A stretch of 64,000 nucleotides of DNA from assembly GCF_009914755.1 (NCBI RefSeq), contig NC_060938.1; one strand, written 5' to 3'. Source of the stretch: the human T2T-CHM13v2.0 reference genome, Homo sapiens. Below are positions 1 through 13,905 of the stretch, piece by piece (the first letter of the stretch is position 1; each line of letters begins with the position of its first letter). The position numbers and the translations under genes were made by a program. The notes below the pieces were generated by a model. The model did no database searches. It was not told the DNA's origin and was given only the letters and a program-made list of their open reading frames with translations.

Positions 1-262
1 TATCGCTGGCCCTTTTTTTTTTGCCTGATTTTACATCTCCTGTGCCTAAATCCATACTTATAAAAATTGTCATGTAAACATCATTTTAGATAATGATGGT
101 TTTAGCTACATGAAAACTAAGGAGGCTTTCCAGGATTTATTTCTAGACTGGAGAAGAACTGTGTCTGCCTTCCCCTCTGGATCCCACTGAACCTCCGGAA
201 TTTCCATGGTTAACAAGATAAACTGATCCCTGCTAACCCTGGAGCTGGCTGGAGCATCAGTT

Positions 263-276
263 GCTGCCATGGCAAC
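263..276. promoter_or_regulatory. Near-perfect RFX X-box palindrome GCTGCCATGGCAAC
   Basis: 13/14 match to the RFX palindrome GTTGCCATGGCAAC, in non-repeat sequence at the 5' end of the intron. Confidence 0.45.
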
Positions 277-486
277 TTGACGAAATAAATACAGGGCTTT
301 TTAACGTCTTCAGGCAGAATCTGCCCAGAGACCAGGTTCCTATTTTTCCTTTTTTGTTTACAATTCACATTCCACTCGGTCAATGTATTCTCCTTGACAC
401 ATTTTTGACACTGGTTACATGCGCAGTACTGTGCTAGCTGCAAGGAACAGAAACATGAAGTACCACACATATGAGAACAGACGCTA

Positions 487-670
487 AGGTTTGTTGAGCA
501 CCTACTATGTGCCAGACGCTGGGTGCTTGGCATATTTTATCACAGCAAATCCTTACAAGTCCATGACGGAGGCCCCATTTTACAGGTCAGGACACTAAAC
601 GAGATTAAATAATTTGCCCAAGAGCATGCCATTTGCAAGGAGGAGAACTGGATTTCACATCTGGGCCTGA
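487..670 (-). mobile_element. MIR SINE
   Basis: ttgagcacctactatgtgccag...cccattttacag...aataatttgcccaag is the reverse complement of the MIR core. Confidence 0.7.
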
Positions 671-1534
671 GTATCTGCAAAGGGTTTTCCACCTTATTGC
701 TTCATCCTGAGAAAGATACGATGTAAGGTACAGGACAGATCTATTTCAGAATGATTTCTCTCTTCTCTTCCCTCTGGGAAGTGGGCTTACTATTGTGCCT
801 TTCTAGTAGATTGCTTTCTGCTGTTGATTCATCCCATTATCCCCATAAGGATGGGAACTGTTACTTCCCTACCTGCAATACTTCGCAGTGCTTGGCTGGA
901 GCAAGTGCTCAGACCCTGCTCCTGGTGTGTCCTGTGGCCACCAGGTGTGTGTGACAGTCACTGTCTCTCTGTGCAGTCTTTCCCTCAGCAGGGGGCAGTT
1001 TGCAGCGAAATGTTGGTGCATCCATCCACTTGCTCAGCAAATGTCTAGTACCTGCCTTGTGACAAGCTCCGTATCAGGCACTGGGACAGGGATCCTGTGG
1101 GACAAACTTGAATAGGACGTAGATTTTCTTTCTGCATGTTTATAAAAGCTTCAAGAAATGATGGGCCCGGCTAAGACACAGAGGGGAATGGCTAAAGGGC
1201 TGGGCTGGGTTGAAGAAGGTGCCCAGCACGTAGTAGGTCCTCAAGTATTTATTAGAGGATTGGATGAGGACAAGATGTATGTTCATGAAAAGACATTAAC
1301 AGGAGAAGATGGTGAATTCAAAGTGTCAAATGCCAATGCCACTGAACAGCTGTCATCATCAGGACTTTGAGAATGGGGGCTGAAGATGGATTAGAACTGT
1401 AGGCATATATCTCCTGGTGGGCCTGGGAGTTAAGACTGTTCTAGGTGGAGAGATATCGAGATAGCGAAGTCCAGAAAATATTCACAGAGTTCTTCAGAAA
1501 GCTAGAGGATGGGGTGCAGGAGGGCTGGGAGACA

Positions 1535-1660
1535 GAGGCCAGGGCCAGATTATAGAAGGTGCTGATTGCTGGGGTGAGAAGTTTGCATCTAATCAGTAAG
1601 GCAGTGGGAGCCATTGCAAGTTATTGAGCAGGAGAATGGCATATAGTTGAAGCAGTCCCT
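1535..1660 (-). mobile_element. L2 LINE fragment
   Basis: gggccagattatagaagg...gcagtgggagccattgcaag...gagcaggag resembles the L2 3' region. Confidence 0.5.
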
Positions 1661-2773
1661 TGGGAAAACCTCAGCCCCTGTAGAGGATAGAAGCTGGAGG
1701 GATGCCTGGGGCTGGGCATGCATGCTTGTGTGATTAACTAAGTCAGTGAAACCAGATCCACGTGACTCCAAGCCCACGTTTCTTCTTCCCCATGTTGTTA
1801 AATGTGATTCCTGTTTTTGGCTTAAGAAGACCCAGAACACATAAGCCATTTTAGAAAGATTTTCCACTCAAAAGCTAAGCATTAAATAGATATCCTCTTT
1901 GGGTGTACAGAGTAGACACCAGTTATCTGGCAAATCCTCTTAGACAGAGGTGCCCTCCCTGGTGCAGTACACGTGGCTGTATGACAGTGTAAGAGAGGCT
2001 GCAGGCACTGAGAGTGTGCTCGTGGACCCCATCTTACTTCTGAGCCCTGGAGGCTCCCAGTTGCCCTCTCCCCTACCCTGGAAACACCCCAGCCCCACTC
2101 CACACAGTGCCTGAGTCTCTGGTGACTCTGGAGGATGTGAACAGTGAAAAAGGCCATTCATTTCTCTTAGGCCAGGAGTGGCCAAGAGGACAGGGCCACC
2201 TGGATGTCCAGTGGGCTGGGGACAAGGCGAGAATCACAGTCTTTTAGGACTGAGTCCAAAATCCCTGTTTCATTGGCAGGATCACGCATGTTCAAAGACA
2301 GCCGCCATGCATTCCCTGTCTCCCTCCTGGACATGCTTGCTGCCCACCACTTCAAGAGCTGGAATCTGATTCTTCTCCCCTTAAATCTGGGACTGTCCTT
2401 GGTGAAGAGAAAGTCTAGTGGCTTTCTTGGTGAAGAGAATGCAGTATTGGTGACATTCTGTGGCCAAGTCCTAAAAAGCCTTAGCTTCCACTTGGGCCCG
2501 TTGGGATGCTCACTTGCTCCAGGGGAAGCCCACATCATCCAAGAAGTGCAGTGACACAGAGGCACATGCTGGGGGAAGGGAGCGAACATTTCAGGAACGT
2601 TCTGCATGCTAAGCCAGCACTCATTATGGGGGAATGGGATGGACAACAGAGACAGGAGGGCTCCTTCACTTGTTCTTATGGCGTAACTCTCCTGTTAAAG
2701 CATGCCTCGGGTCTAAAAGCTCAACCTTCTTTTTGTCTTGCACTGTCCCGTCCCTGCAGTGAGTGGTTTCAAG

Positions 2774-2926
2774 CCAGTGGTTCTCAAATGTTGTTGCCAT
2801 TAGAATCACCTGGGAGCTTTCAAGAGTCCTGCTGCCCAGGTCTCACCTCCGATACTCCCATCAGATTCTAGGGGTGGGAGCCAGGCACCAGCACTTTCCT
2901 TGCATTCCCCAGCTGATCCCAGTGGT
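2774..2926. mobile_element. MER5A-like hAT-Charlie MITE
   Basis: cagtggttctcaaa...ttagaatcacctgggagcttt...ctaggggtgggagccaggca is the MER5A signature. Confidence 0.7.
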
Positions 2927-3427
2927 CAATGAAGGGTGAGACTCAGAGTGTAAGCCCACCCTATAGGATACATCCACCCTCCCACTTCTCCCTCCCTGGA
3001 TGAAACAGATCCCTGGCTCTCTGGTCACCCTTAGGCCATTAAAAACTCATGTGGTCACTGGAAGTCACCTAACACAGTATCGATTCAGCAACTTAAAATG
3101 TTTGAGCCCAGAGTGACAAAGCCTTGGAACTTGCTCCAAAACTGAGCTTCTCCCTCTCTCCAGGCCACACCTGCCAGAGGTGGGAAACCTGTAGTTGAGG
3201 TGGGTGCCTTTATTATTCCCATCATCAAGAAAGGGAGATTTGGAATGAATAGCCAGGGAGGCTCAGCCGGCAAACAGAGGGCCAGGAGCGGAGCCACATC
3301 CACTGATGCAGGACCATCCTTCCATGTCACCACAGTACCCCTGCAAGAGCTGGGGGGGCCAGGGACCCTCTGTGGATCAGCTTCATCCTCTGATCCATCC
3401 AGGCGGTTGTGTTTGTGTACATTTTTA

Positions 3428-3742
3428 TTTTATTATCATTATTCTTTTTTATTTTGAGACACGGTCTTGTTCTGTTGCCCAGGATGGAGTGCAGTGGTGC
3501 GATCATGGTTCACTGCAGCCTTAATCTCCCAGGCTGAAGCAATCTGCCCACCTCAACTGCCTGAGTCTCTGGGGCTACAGGCACATGCCACCATGGCTGG
3601 CTAGTCTTTTAAAAATTATCTTTAGTAGAAATGAGGTCTCATTATATTGCCCAGGCAGGTCTAGAGCTCCTGGGCTCAAGCGATCCTCCTGCCTTGGCCT
3701 CCTGAAGTGCTGGGATTACAGGCATGAGCCATTGTACCCAGC
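3428..3742 (-). mobile_element. Alu (AluJ-like), full length
   Basis: Antisense Alu dimer with exact 14-bp TSD TGTGTACATTTTTA at 3414-3427 and 3743-3756. Confidence 0.95.
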
Positions 3743-3777
3743 TGTGTACATTTTTAAACAAATTCTTGAACCAATCT

Positions 3778-4237
3778 CTATTAGTTTCCTAAGGCTGTGA
3801 TAAATTACTACAAACTGGGTGGTTTAAAACAACAGAAATTCATTCTGTCATGGTTCTGGAGGCTGGAAGTCCACAATCCAGGTGTCAGCAGGGCCAAAGT
3901 AGTCTCTCTGAAGGTGCTGGGGGTGGGGGTGGAATCTGTTCCAGGCCACTCTCTTGGCATCACAGTGTTACCTGCAGTCCTTGGCATTCCTTGGCTTGTG
4001 GACACATTGCTGTAGTCTCTGCCTGCATCGTCATGTGGCATTCTCCCAGTGTGTCTCTCTGAGTCTCTTCTCATCTTATGAGGACACCAGCCATATTGGC
4101 TTAGGGCCCACCCTAATGACATTATCTTAAATTGATTACATCTGCAGAGACTCTGTTTCTAAATAAGGACATATTCAGAGGACCCAGGATTAGAACTTCA
4201 TTCTACCTATCGAGGGGACACAATTCAAACCACAACA
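3778..4237 (-). mobile_element. ERVL-MaLR solo LTR (MLT1C-like)
   Basis: tattagtttcctaaggctg...caacagaaattcattctgtcatggttctggaggctggaagtcc...gggacacaattcaaaccacaaca. Confidence 0.85.
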
Positions 4238-5017
4238 GGTTCTGAAGACCCGTAAAGGATAAGCATCTTGGCCCTCATATTAGTAGCTGTTGATCTTGGG
4301 GCAGCAGTGAACAGATCGCTTATTTAAACCTCAGTTTCATTATCTGTGAAATGGGGACAAAACTGTGTCCTCACGGAACTGTTCATTTAGTGTCTTAGAA
4401 AATGTTTCCTGTGTGCCAGGCCCTCCCTACATGGAATGCTTTAGGTTAAGGGATGTGCCTCAGAGCCTTCCAAGTGATAGATAACAAGATGGGGGTAAAC
4501 ACAGGGGCTCCAGGAGCCCAGAGATCAGGCAAGCCTTCAGGGGTTTTTGACTTGAACTGAGTTTGAGAGATGCATGGCGGTTATGCAGACATAGGAGTGT
4601 GGGTGTTTTGGGCAGAGGGAACTGTGTGCACAAAGGCAAGAAGGCTTGAAACAGTATCTCCTGTTGGGAGTGTGAGTTGCTAGTGGCCATTGGAGCAGAG
4701 GGGTCAGGTGGTGAGGGGGTGGGTGTATAAGTCCAGGGAGCCCGAAACCAGCCAGGTGACCTCATGGAGTGGAGTTGGATGGAGTGGGGGCTGTGATGCC
4801 CTGGAGAGCTTGGCCAGCCTGGCCTGGATGGGGCTTTGGAGCTCTAGCCCCTTGCTCATGCCATGCAGAAACACAGGCCTGGGGCCGCAGGTGCTTCTGT
4901 GTTTAAAAGAAAGCTGAAACTTTGATTTTCTCATGCACTCTGGGTGTTTTAATGTTAACAATTAAATTAACAATTAAATGTTAGAAATTTTTACCAGACC
5001 TACCAACCATGGTGTGG

Positions 5018-5520
5018 ACTGTTTCTGTTACTTACTGCTTATGACTTCAGTTACTTAATGGCTTAAAGCAATCATTTATTGTGCTGACGATTTTGTGGGA
5101 CCAGAATTGAGGAAGGGCTTGGCTAGACAGTTTGTTTTTGCCCGAGTGGCATCAGCTGGAACAGCAGAGACTGGAGTCTAGGCTTCCAGCGTGTAGTTTC
5201 CTCTGAACTTGTCTGGTGCCTCTAGGCAACTTGGCCACTCTCCTCTTGGGATTTCATCCTGCAAGGGCTTCTTCAGGTGACTTGGGCTTCCTCCCAGTAT
5301 GGAGGTCCCAAGGTTGTTGCTCTTCTTGCATGGTGCTGGCTCCCCCAAGAAAGAGTGTTCCAGCAGTTCCAGGTAGAAGCTGCAGGCTTCGTAGGACCTG
5401 CCTAGAAGTCCCAGAATGTCATTAACACTACATTCTTTTAGTCAAGAAAGTCTCCAGGCCAGCCCAGATTTAAAGGGAGGGGAGTCGGATTCCAGCTCTT
5501 GATGTAGTGTGTGTGTCTAG
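5018..5520 (-). mobile_element. Old ERVL-MaLR LTR (MLT1H/I-like)
   Basis: ttaatggcttaaagcaatcatttatt...ggccagcccagatttaaagggagggg...tccagctcttgatg. Confidence 0.65.
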
Positions 5521-5728
5521 GAGCAAGGGACAGAATGGATGGTCATTGTCCTTGGGGACTGGCTACTACTTGAACCAAACAAAACAGGTGTGTGGGCTGG
5601 ATTCATCCCGGGGCTGCCAGTGTATTATCTCTAGACTAAACAAGGGTGTGTAGAGCTTGGCAAAACCTTAAAATACTGCCAAGCCCAGTAGAAAAGTCAC
5701 TTATTACTAAGGAGGTAGGCCATGGCTT

Positions 5729-5811
5729 TATTAGGCTGAACCATGTGAAATTGCTGACATTTGACCATTTTTGACCTATCAAATGACCATTTTATTTGGT
5801 TCAGCTACATA
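5729..5811. mobile_element. MADE2-like mariner MITE (~80 bp, palindromic)
   Basis: ta-ttaggctgaaccatgtgaaattgc...ccattttatttggttcagct-acata: degenerate terminal inverted repeats with TA flanks. Confidence 0.7.
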
Positions 5812-7170
5812 TTGGGGAGATCCAAGTAGGTTTCCTGTGCTTGAGGAGCTGGGAATTCCCCCACCTTGCTCTTTCGCCTGTCTCTTGGAATCTGGCCCTT
5901 GCCAGGTGGGAAGATTCAGTCTCACCTACATATTAACATCATATTAACACTGGGCCTGTCCTTCTGGGAGACACTACATGTGTATCTAATCACAGCTGAG
6001 ATGCTGGCATATCCCCTGCTAATTCCCCTTCTAAAGAGAAGGTCCCCCAGGACCTTGAGAGACTCACAGTTAATTTGCATTTTAATCATTTTTCACAGAG
6101 GGGAAAAAAGACACAAAAGACATCTCTTCCTATTGGAGAGGTGATTTTGTTATCTCTTGAAACTGTCTTAGCTATGGGGAAGGGCCTCATTCTGACAGAT
6201 ATGCAAGAAACTAGCAGAAGTTGTCGGTCCCCAGAGGAACATATCGCTGCCCAGAAAAATAGAATTCTAGGGAGTCTGGCAGTCTGCTTCTTAGAGAATA
6301 TTTTCTTCAGCCAATGAGTGCTTCTTTTTCTTCAAGCAAGAATTATCATTAAAATACAAATTGTCTGTTATCTTAGGGCTTGTCTGGTTGTACTTCAGGT
6401 TTCCATTGCAAAGATTTAAATATTTTATCCTTCTAATTAGACCTGCTTCAGGAGAGGGTATAAGGCCACATTTTATGCAGAGGTGTAATGAGCAGTTCAA
6501 GAAGTAAACATTCCAGTGATTTTTGTAGACCAAATTTCTAGTGTTTTAAGATTTCAGACATATGACTTGAAACAATGGAATCTCACAAAGCTAAGAGAAC
6601 TGGGACATCTGCAGGTGGATGGCCAGTCTCCAATGAAATGCTTGAGTGTTTAGGGAGCACTTGCTGTGTGCTCTGTCCTGCTCAGGTCCTGCACCCCAGC
6701 TCTTTCTACACTGAGGTGATGGAGACCCATCTGTGTTCACTCCCTCCTCACTGTGTCCCCTCAAGACATCCCTGTACCTTCCCATCACAGCTACCATTCA
6801 ACAGATGCCTTTGAGGTAGCAGACAAACCCTGTGCTGAGCAACACACACAATCTCACTGAATCCTTGCAATGGCCCCTTGGAATAGGCACATTCAGATCC
6901 ATTTTATAGGTGAGGAAACTGAGGCTTAGAGGGCACACAGCTGGGGATCAAACACAGGTCTCTGCATCATGTCAGCCTATTATTTTTAAGAACTTTTTTA
7001 AAGAGATGTTTTAAGTTCACAGAAAAATCGAGAGGAGGGCATAGAGATTTCTCAGATGCCCCTCTGCCCCTGTTCATGCACAGCCTCTTCCACCATCAGC
7101 ATCCCCACCGGAGCTGTGCATTTGCCACAACTGACTAACCTACGTCGACACATCAGAATCCTCCAAAGTC

Positions 7171-7637
<467 letters not shown>

Positions 7638-7775
7638 TCACTGATCTTTCTACTATCTTCACAGTTTTACCTTTTCCAGGGTATCATAGTTGGAATTATT
7701 CAGTATGTAGCTTTTCAGATTGGCTGCTTTCACTTAGTAATATGCACCTAAGGCTTGATAGCTTTTTCTATTTTA

Positions 7776-8463
<688 letters not shown>

Positions 8464-8592
8464 AGTTTTGGCAATTATTAATAAAGCTGCTATAAACATC
8501 TGTGTTCAGGTTTTTCTGTGGACATAAATTTTTAAGAGCCTATTTTAAAATCCAATCTAACAATCTCTGCTTTTTAAATGGAGTGTTGAAGC

Positions 8593-8724
8593 TTTTATTT
8601 TATTTTATTTATTTATTTTTTTGAGACAGAGTCTCGCTCTGTCGCCCAGGCTGGAGTGCAGTGGCTTGATCTCGGCTCACTGCAAGCTCTGCCTCCTGAG
8701 TTCACACCATTCTCCTGCCTCAGC
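8593..8724 (-). mobile_element. AluY-like fragment (3' ~130 bp)
   Basis: gcaagctctgcctcctgagttcacaccattctcc is AluY-type diagnostic sequence; the element stops abruptly at the TA array. Confidence 0.85.
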
Positions 8725-8912
8725 TATATATATATATGTGTATATATATGCATATATATACGTATATATACATATATACGTATATATACACACATATATA
8801 CATACGTATATATATACATATATACGTATATATACATATATATGTATATATATACATATATACGTATATATATACATATATACGTATATATATACATATA
8901 TACGTATATATG

Positions 8913-8945
<33 letters not shown>
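8725..8945. repeat. Interrupted (TA)n array with a ~20-bp unit (tatacgtatatatatacata), followed by (GA)n
   Basis: Directly visible. Confidence 0.95.
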
Positions 8946-10190
8946 TTCTGTCTTCTCTCTCCTCTTCTTTTGGGACTAATACACATATATTAGGTCACCT
9001 GAAGTTGTCTTAGAGCTCACTGATAGTCTCTTCATTTTTTTTTTTTTTGGTCTTTGTTTCTGTTTGTGTTTTATTTGGATAGTTATTATTGATATGTCTT
9101 CAAGTTAACAAGGTTTTCTTCTGCAATATCTAATCTGCTATTAATAATAGCCCCACCCAATGTACTTTTGATACTAGATATTATAGTTTTCATCTCTAGA
9201 AGCTAATTTGGATCTTTTATATAAAAACATATCTCTTCCATTCTCTTCTTAACATGTTCATTGTTACCTGTAGCTTTTTGGACATATGGAATACAGTTAT
9301 AACAACTGTTTTAATGTCCTCACTTATTAATTCTAAATATGTCAATTCTGGATTGGTTTTGATTGATTGCCTTTTCTCCTCATATGTTTCATATTTTCCT
9401 GCTGCTTTACATGCCTGATAATTCTTGGTTGGATGCCAAACATTGTGAATTTAACTGTGGTGTATGCTAGATATTTTTGTATTCCCATAAATATTCTTGT
9501 GCTTTGTTCTGGGATGCAGTTCATATGCTTGAGAACAGTTTGATTTTTGCAAGTACTGTTTTTAAGATTTGTTAGGCAGGATCAAGCCAAATTTAATCTA
9601 AGAGTAATTATTCCCCATCACAAAGGCAATGCTGTTCTGAGTATTCTACCTGCTCAGTGTCTCATAAATGATGAGATTTTCAAGATGGGTGATGGAAACA
9701 GGCACTATTTCTGGCCCTATATGGGTTCCAGGCACTATTTTCTATAATTTTTTGGGTGATTCTTTCCCTGCCTCAGGCAGTTTCTGTACAAACATGCATT
9801 CATCTGTCCTTTGTTGAATGTTTGAGTGGTCCCTCTCTCAAACCCCAGGGTTCTCTCTGTGGGCGGCTGTCTTCTCTCCATACTCTGCCATGTGGTCTCC
9901 AGCTGCCTCACTCTCCTCAGACTCTCACTTCCATTCTTCAACTCAGAGAGTCCATTGAGCCCTGCCTGAGTTTACTGCTCCATGGCCTGGAAACTTTCCA
10001 TAGGCAGTAAACCGGAGCACCTGTATGGCTCATCTTGCCAATTTCCCATCTCTCGAGGGTCACTGTCCTTCATTGTCTGATGTCCGGTGTCTTGAAAATC
10101 ATTTTCATGTATTTTATCTGGTTTTTCAGTTGTTTCAGTTGGGAGGGTAAATCTATTCCCTATTACTCCATTTTGGCTGGATGTGGAATT
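8946..10190 (-). mobile_element. Ancient L1M fragment
   Basis: T-rich degenerate antisense L1-like sequence (atgtcttcaagttaac...tctgcaatatctaatctgctattaat...cattttggctggatgtggaa). Confidence 0.6.
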
Positions 10191-11249
10191 TTCATAAGGC
10201 TGTGCTTTTAACAGCTATATTTCCACCGTTCCTCCTTTTCTCCCGTTGTGGGAAAAGGAATGTTGACACTTGAATCTAAATCTAGACCATTACCCCTACC
10301 TCCCAGCTATGGGCCCCTGATCCAGCCAGCATTTCTCTTTCTCCCTGTCTCCCAAATGCCACAAAATGTGAGTAACATACATACATACTCTACAGGTCAA
10401 GTGAGCCTGGGGAATAACAAGTGAGGATGCCAAATCATGCATGGACCAGCCTAACTCCTTTCCAGTCTGCCGTTGCCACTTGGAGTTCTTCCAGGTATCC
10501 TGTGACAGGATGTTCCACGAGACATTGAGGGAGCCAGTCTTTGATTCAGGTGTGGGGTCTGCAGACCAGGACCCAGAGTTGGGCAGTTCAGTGAGCAGAG
10601 ATGGGTTCTTTAGGCCTCCATCCCAAATCCCTGGGTCCTAGGAAGCCTTGTTCCCCAGAAGGATGAAAGTGAGGGGAAATGCCGGGAGCAGGTTGCTCCA
10701 GCCTGAGGCCCACGCAGTTTGCCAGCCTTCCATTTAGCCAAGAGCTGGAACACTGCTGATTTCTTCCAGCCCTCGTGAGGACCCCTCATCCATCTCCTCA
10801 GCATGAAGCTCTGGAAGCTGATTAGAAATATATTAAGACTTGGTTTCCAGCAGCTTTGAGGGACACCTGAGGGGGGCTGACTAATGTGCTCTCCCAGGCA
10901 CCCTGAAACCGTCTCTCTGCATTGAGTCTTAGCAGCCCTTCCTGCATCTCCTGCCTTCTCTCTGACCTCCTGCCAATCCTTCTTCTCTTCCTATGGAGGT
11001 TCCACCCGGGTCCTGCTGCGTATCCCAATAATCAAATCAATTAGGCAGGGCCAGCCGTGCAGGCAGGCTGTGTTGGGGAATGTGGAAAGCCAGAAAGAAG
11101 TGATTGCCAGCCTTCATCGTCTTTGTCATCCTTGCCAACAGCATGAGAGCACACATTGCATACAGACCATCATTCCTAGGCACGAAGACCTGTGAGGCAG
11201 GAGCCCCGCCCTCTGGTGGAAGAAGAGGATAGCTGTCGTAGGTGAATCT

Positions 11250-11420
11250 TGAGCACCTGCTAAGAGTTCTGTGCTGCGTGGGCAGCCTATGAAGGCAACA
11301 CATTCAGCATGCCCATTTTAGAGAAGAGGATACCGAGGCTCAGAGAGCTTTGGGGCCTTGCCCAAAGTCATCCAGGTGAGAAGAGGCTAAGCTGGGGTCA
11401 AGGCTAGATCTGAGTCACAG
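11250..11420 (-). mobile_element. MIR SINE
   Basis: cccattttagagaagaggataccgaggctcagagag...ttgcccaaagtca. Confidence 0.65.
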
Positions 11421-13699
11421 CTGATGGATTGTAGAGTGTTGGGGTGAGATGGAGGCAGATGTGAGCCCCAGAGAGTGTGGTTCTATGTCACAACTCCTTC
11501 CAGCCTGGCCGTCTCTGCAGCCTGTCTGGGCAGAGTGGATTGTGGCTGAAGCCAGGTGTCCCACGACTCAGACAGGCTGGTGCCAGAGGTGGGGGTGGGG
11601 ACCCCACAGGAGGCTGAAAGAATTGAGAGGGGCGTTGGAGGACAGGAAGCTTGCTCCCCCCGGGAGAGGCTATACCTCTCCTCTGCCCCTGCAGCTCCAA
11701 GCAGCTCACCATCAGGGCATCCCTCCCTTCCGAGGTTCCCTTGAGGGCCAAGGTTCTCATCTCATTTATGTCAGGATTGCTGCTGCCCAGCCCAGGGCTA
11801 GAACCAGTAAATATTTCATAAACCAGTCAAGGAAGAGCAGGGAATTAATAAAGGCACAAGAAAGAAACTGGACAGAAAATTATGTCTTGCATCAGCTTGC
11901 GGGGCACCTCCTCTTTGAGTCTGGATTATGACTTTCCCCAAGGCCAGTGATCCGGACAGCACCAAGTCCCCCACCCTTGCCCCACGTCCTCAAACTCCCC
12001 AGTCCCCAGCGCCCCTCTCTTGTCCCCCTGCAAACTGTCTGCTGCATGCTGGGCCCAGCAGCACAGGCATTCTGCGCAGTACCCTCTTCTTCCTCTGAAC
12101 GATTCCATGGTGTGAACCTGGGATGACTCAGTTGACTCAGGAGGAGAGTGGAGGCCAGACAGGGTAAGACGCCGGCTCAAGGTCTTTCAATGGGGCTTGT
12201 ATTTGGAGAGGGCTGACCCCTTTAAACCTCTGGACTTCTCTGTCAAAATGGTGACTCAGAGGTAAGGTGACCAACCACCCCGGTTTCTGCAGGGCTGAGG
12301 GGCTTTCAAGACAGGAGACTTCCACTTCCAGTGCTGAAACCAGGACAGCCCCAGGCCAACTGGGATGGCTGGTCACCCTACCCAGAGGCCATTTAAAAGC
12401 CCAGAGGCTTTTTGGATCTCACTGTATTTGACTAACATTCTTGCTTTTTAAAAATGAGTGGGGATGGTTGAAACCGTGTCCAGAATCCACACCTTTCCCC
12501 GGCCCATTTAATTCTCAAGTGTTAACAGGCACTGAGGATGAGCCAGACACCGTTCTAGGCACTGGGGACGCTGGGGAACAAGCACTAAATTCCCTGCTCT
12601 CGCTAAGGGCACCTTGTCCTGACAGCTGCTCACCTCTTATGAAAGGTGACCAAGGAGCGAGGGCACCACACAGTCCCTGCTGTCTGCTCACTTCTGTGTC
12701 CCGGCAGCCATGCAGAGAGGTGCCCAGTACATGTTGACTTTGATGAATCCATCAGGAAGGCAGCAGAAGATAAGCAGAGCCTGGGCAGACCCCTGGCCCC
12801 CAGAACGGGACTCTCCCTGGGCTGGCCAGACTCAGCAAGGAGCAGGCAGGCCCCCTCCTCTTCTGTGGTCCTAGAAATCCCAGGCTGAGCCCCAACAGCA
12901 GCTGGTGGTCTTGTAGGAGGAGCAGAGCCCCACCCCCATGATGGCCTTTGCCTGTTCAGTCTCCAATGGCCACCTGTCACCCAGAAGCCTCCCAGTGTTA
13001 CAGAACACTGTTAGCCAGGTCACACGGCTCACCCTGTCAGTCTCCAGCAGCCCACTGTGGGAGGAGGTACCAAAAAAAGGAGGGATGTGGTCCCACCCAC
13101 AGTCATGAGGCCTTGGGGAGGGAGCACTCCAGGGAGTCAAGCCATAGCCCCCAGCAGAACACTAAAGCGTCTGTCGCATCTCTCTCTTTACCCATCTGTC
13201 TGCCTCTCCTCTGCATAGGAGACCCTCAGGGCTAATGCAGTAAGCTGTGCCTCTCTTTACAGCTCTCTAGGGCCTGGCTGGTGGAAGGCCTTAATAAATG
13301 CCCGCAGTGAGCATAATGACCCCTCAGTTGGGGAGGGTGGTGGAAGTTCTGACTCGTCTGTTTGCGCTATTCTGGGATGCTGACCAAACCGCCCATGTAG
13401 AAGCACAGACTGTAATGTGCCAGAATCCCTCCCCATCATCCCTTATGCAGGGTGAGTCACCCGTTGTGTCTGTATCTTTAGCAACAGGAGGCTCACCACC
13501 TCACCAAACAGAGACTTCCATGGGAGTCAGGTCTCCCTGGGCTACAGCATGGCCCTGCCACTGCGCTGCCGGGGAAATCACGTCATGGTCCCCAGCCACG
13601 GCATTCTCATTTGTGCAGTGCACTGATGGTAGTTATGATACGTTGCCACAAGCCTTGGGATTTTGCCGCTTAAATATGGTAATGTGGCACCTGAGATGG

Positions 13700-13905
13700 G
13701 GAGGCAGGAGGCTTGAGTTCCCGGCCTGGCTCCACCACTCATGATTTGGGGCTGTTTGACTTGGAACAAGATGCTTAATTTCTTGGAGCCTCAGTTTCCC
13801 TTTCTGTTAAATGGGAACAGTAGTAATAGCTCATAGTATGGGTGGGAGAATCAAATGAGATGGTGAATGAGAAAGAACAAACTGTGCAGGGCAGCATGGA
13901 CACCA
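13700..13905 (+). mobile_element. MIR SINE
   Basis: gctgtttgacttggaacaag...gagcctcagtttccctttctgttaaatggga...aaatgagat. Confidence 0.7.

Noticed and set aside
4953-4985. Short tandem duplication (ttaacaattaaa x2); also gccatgagccca x2 at ~42871-42894
   Set aside because: Ordinary replication-slippage microduplications.
8621-9013. Several ORFs rich in Y/I/T/H/V
   Set aside because: They are translations of the TA microsatellite; the same applies at 23491-23801 and 28391-28673.
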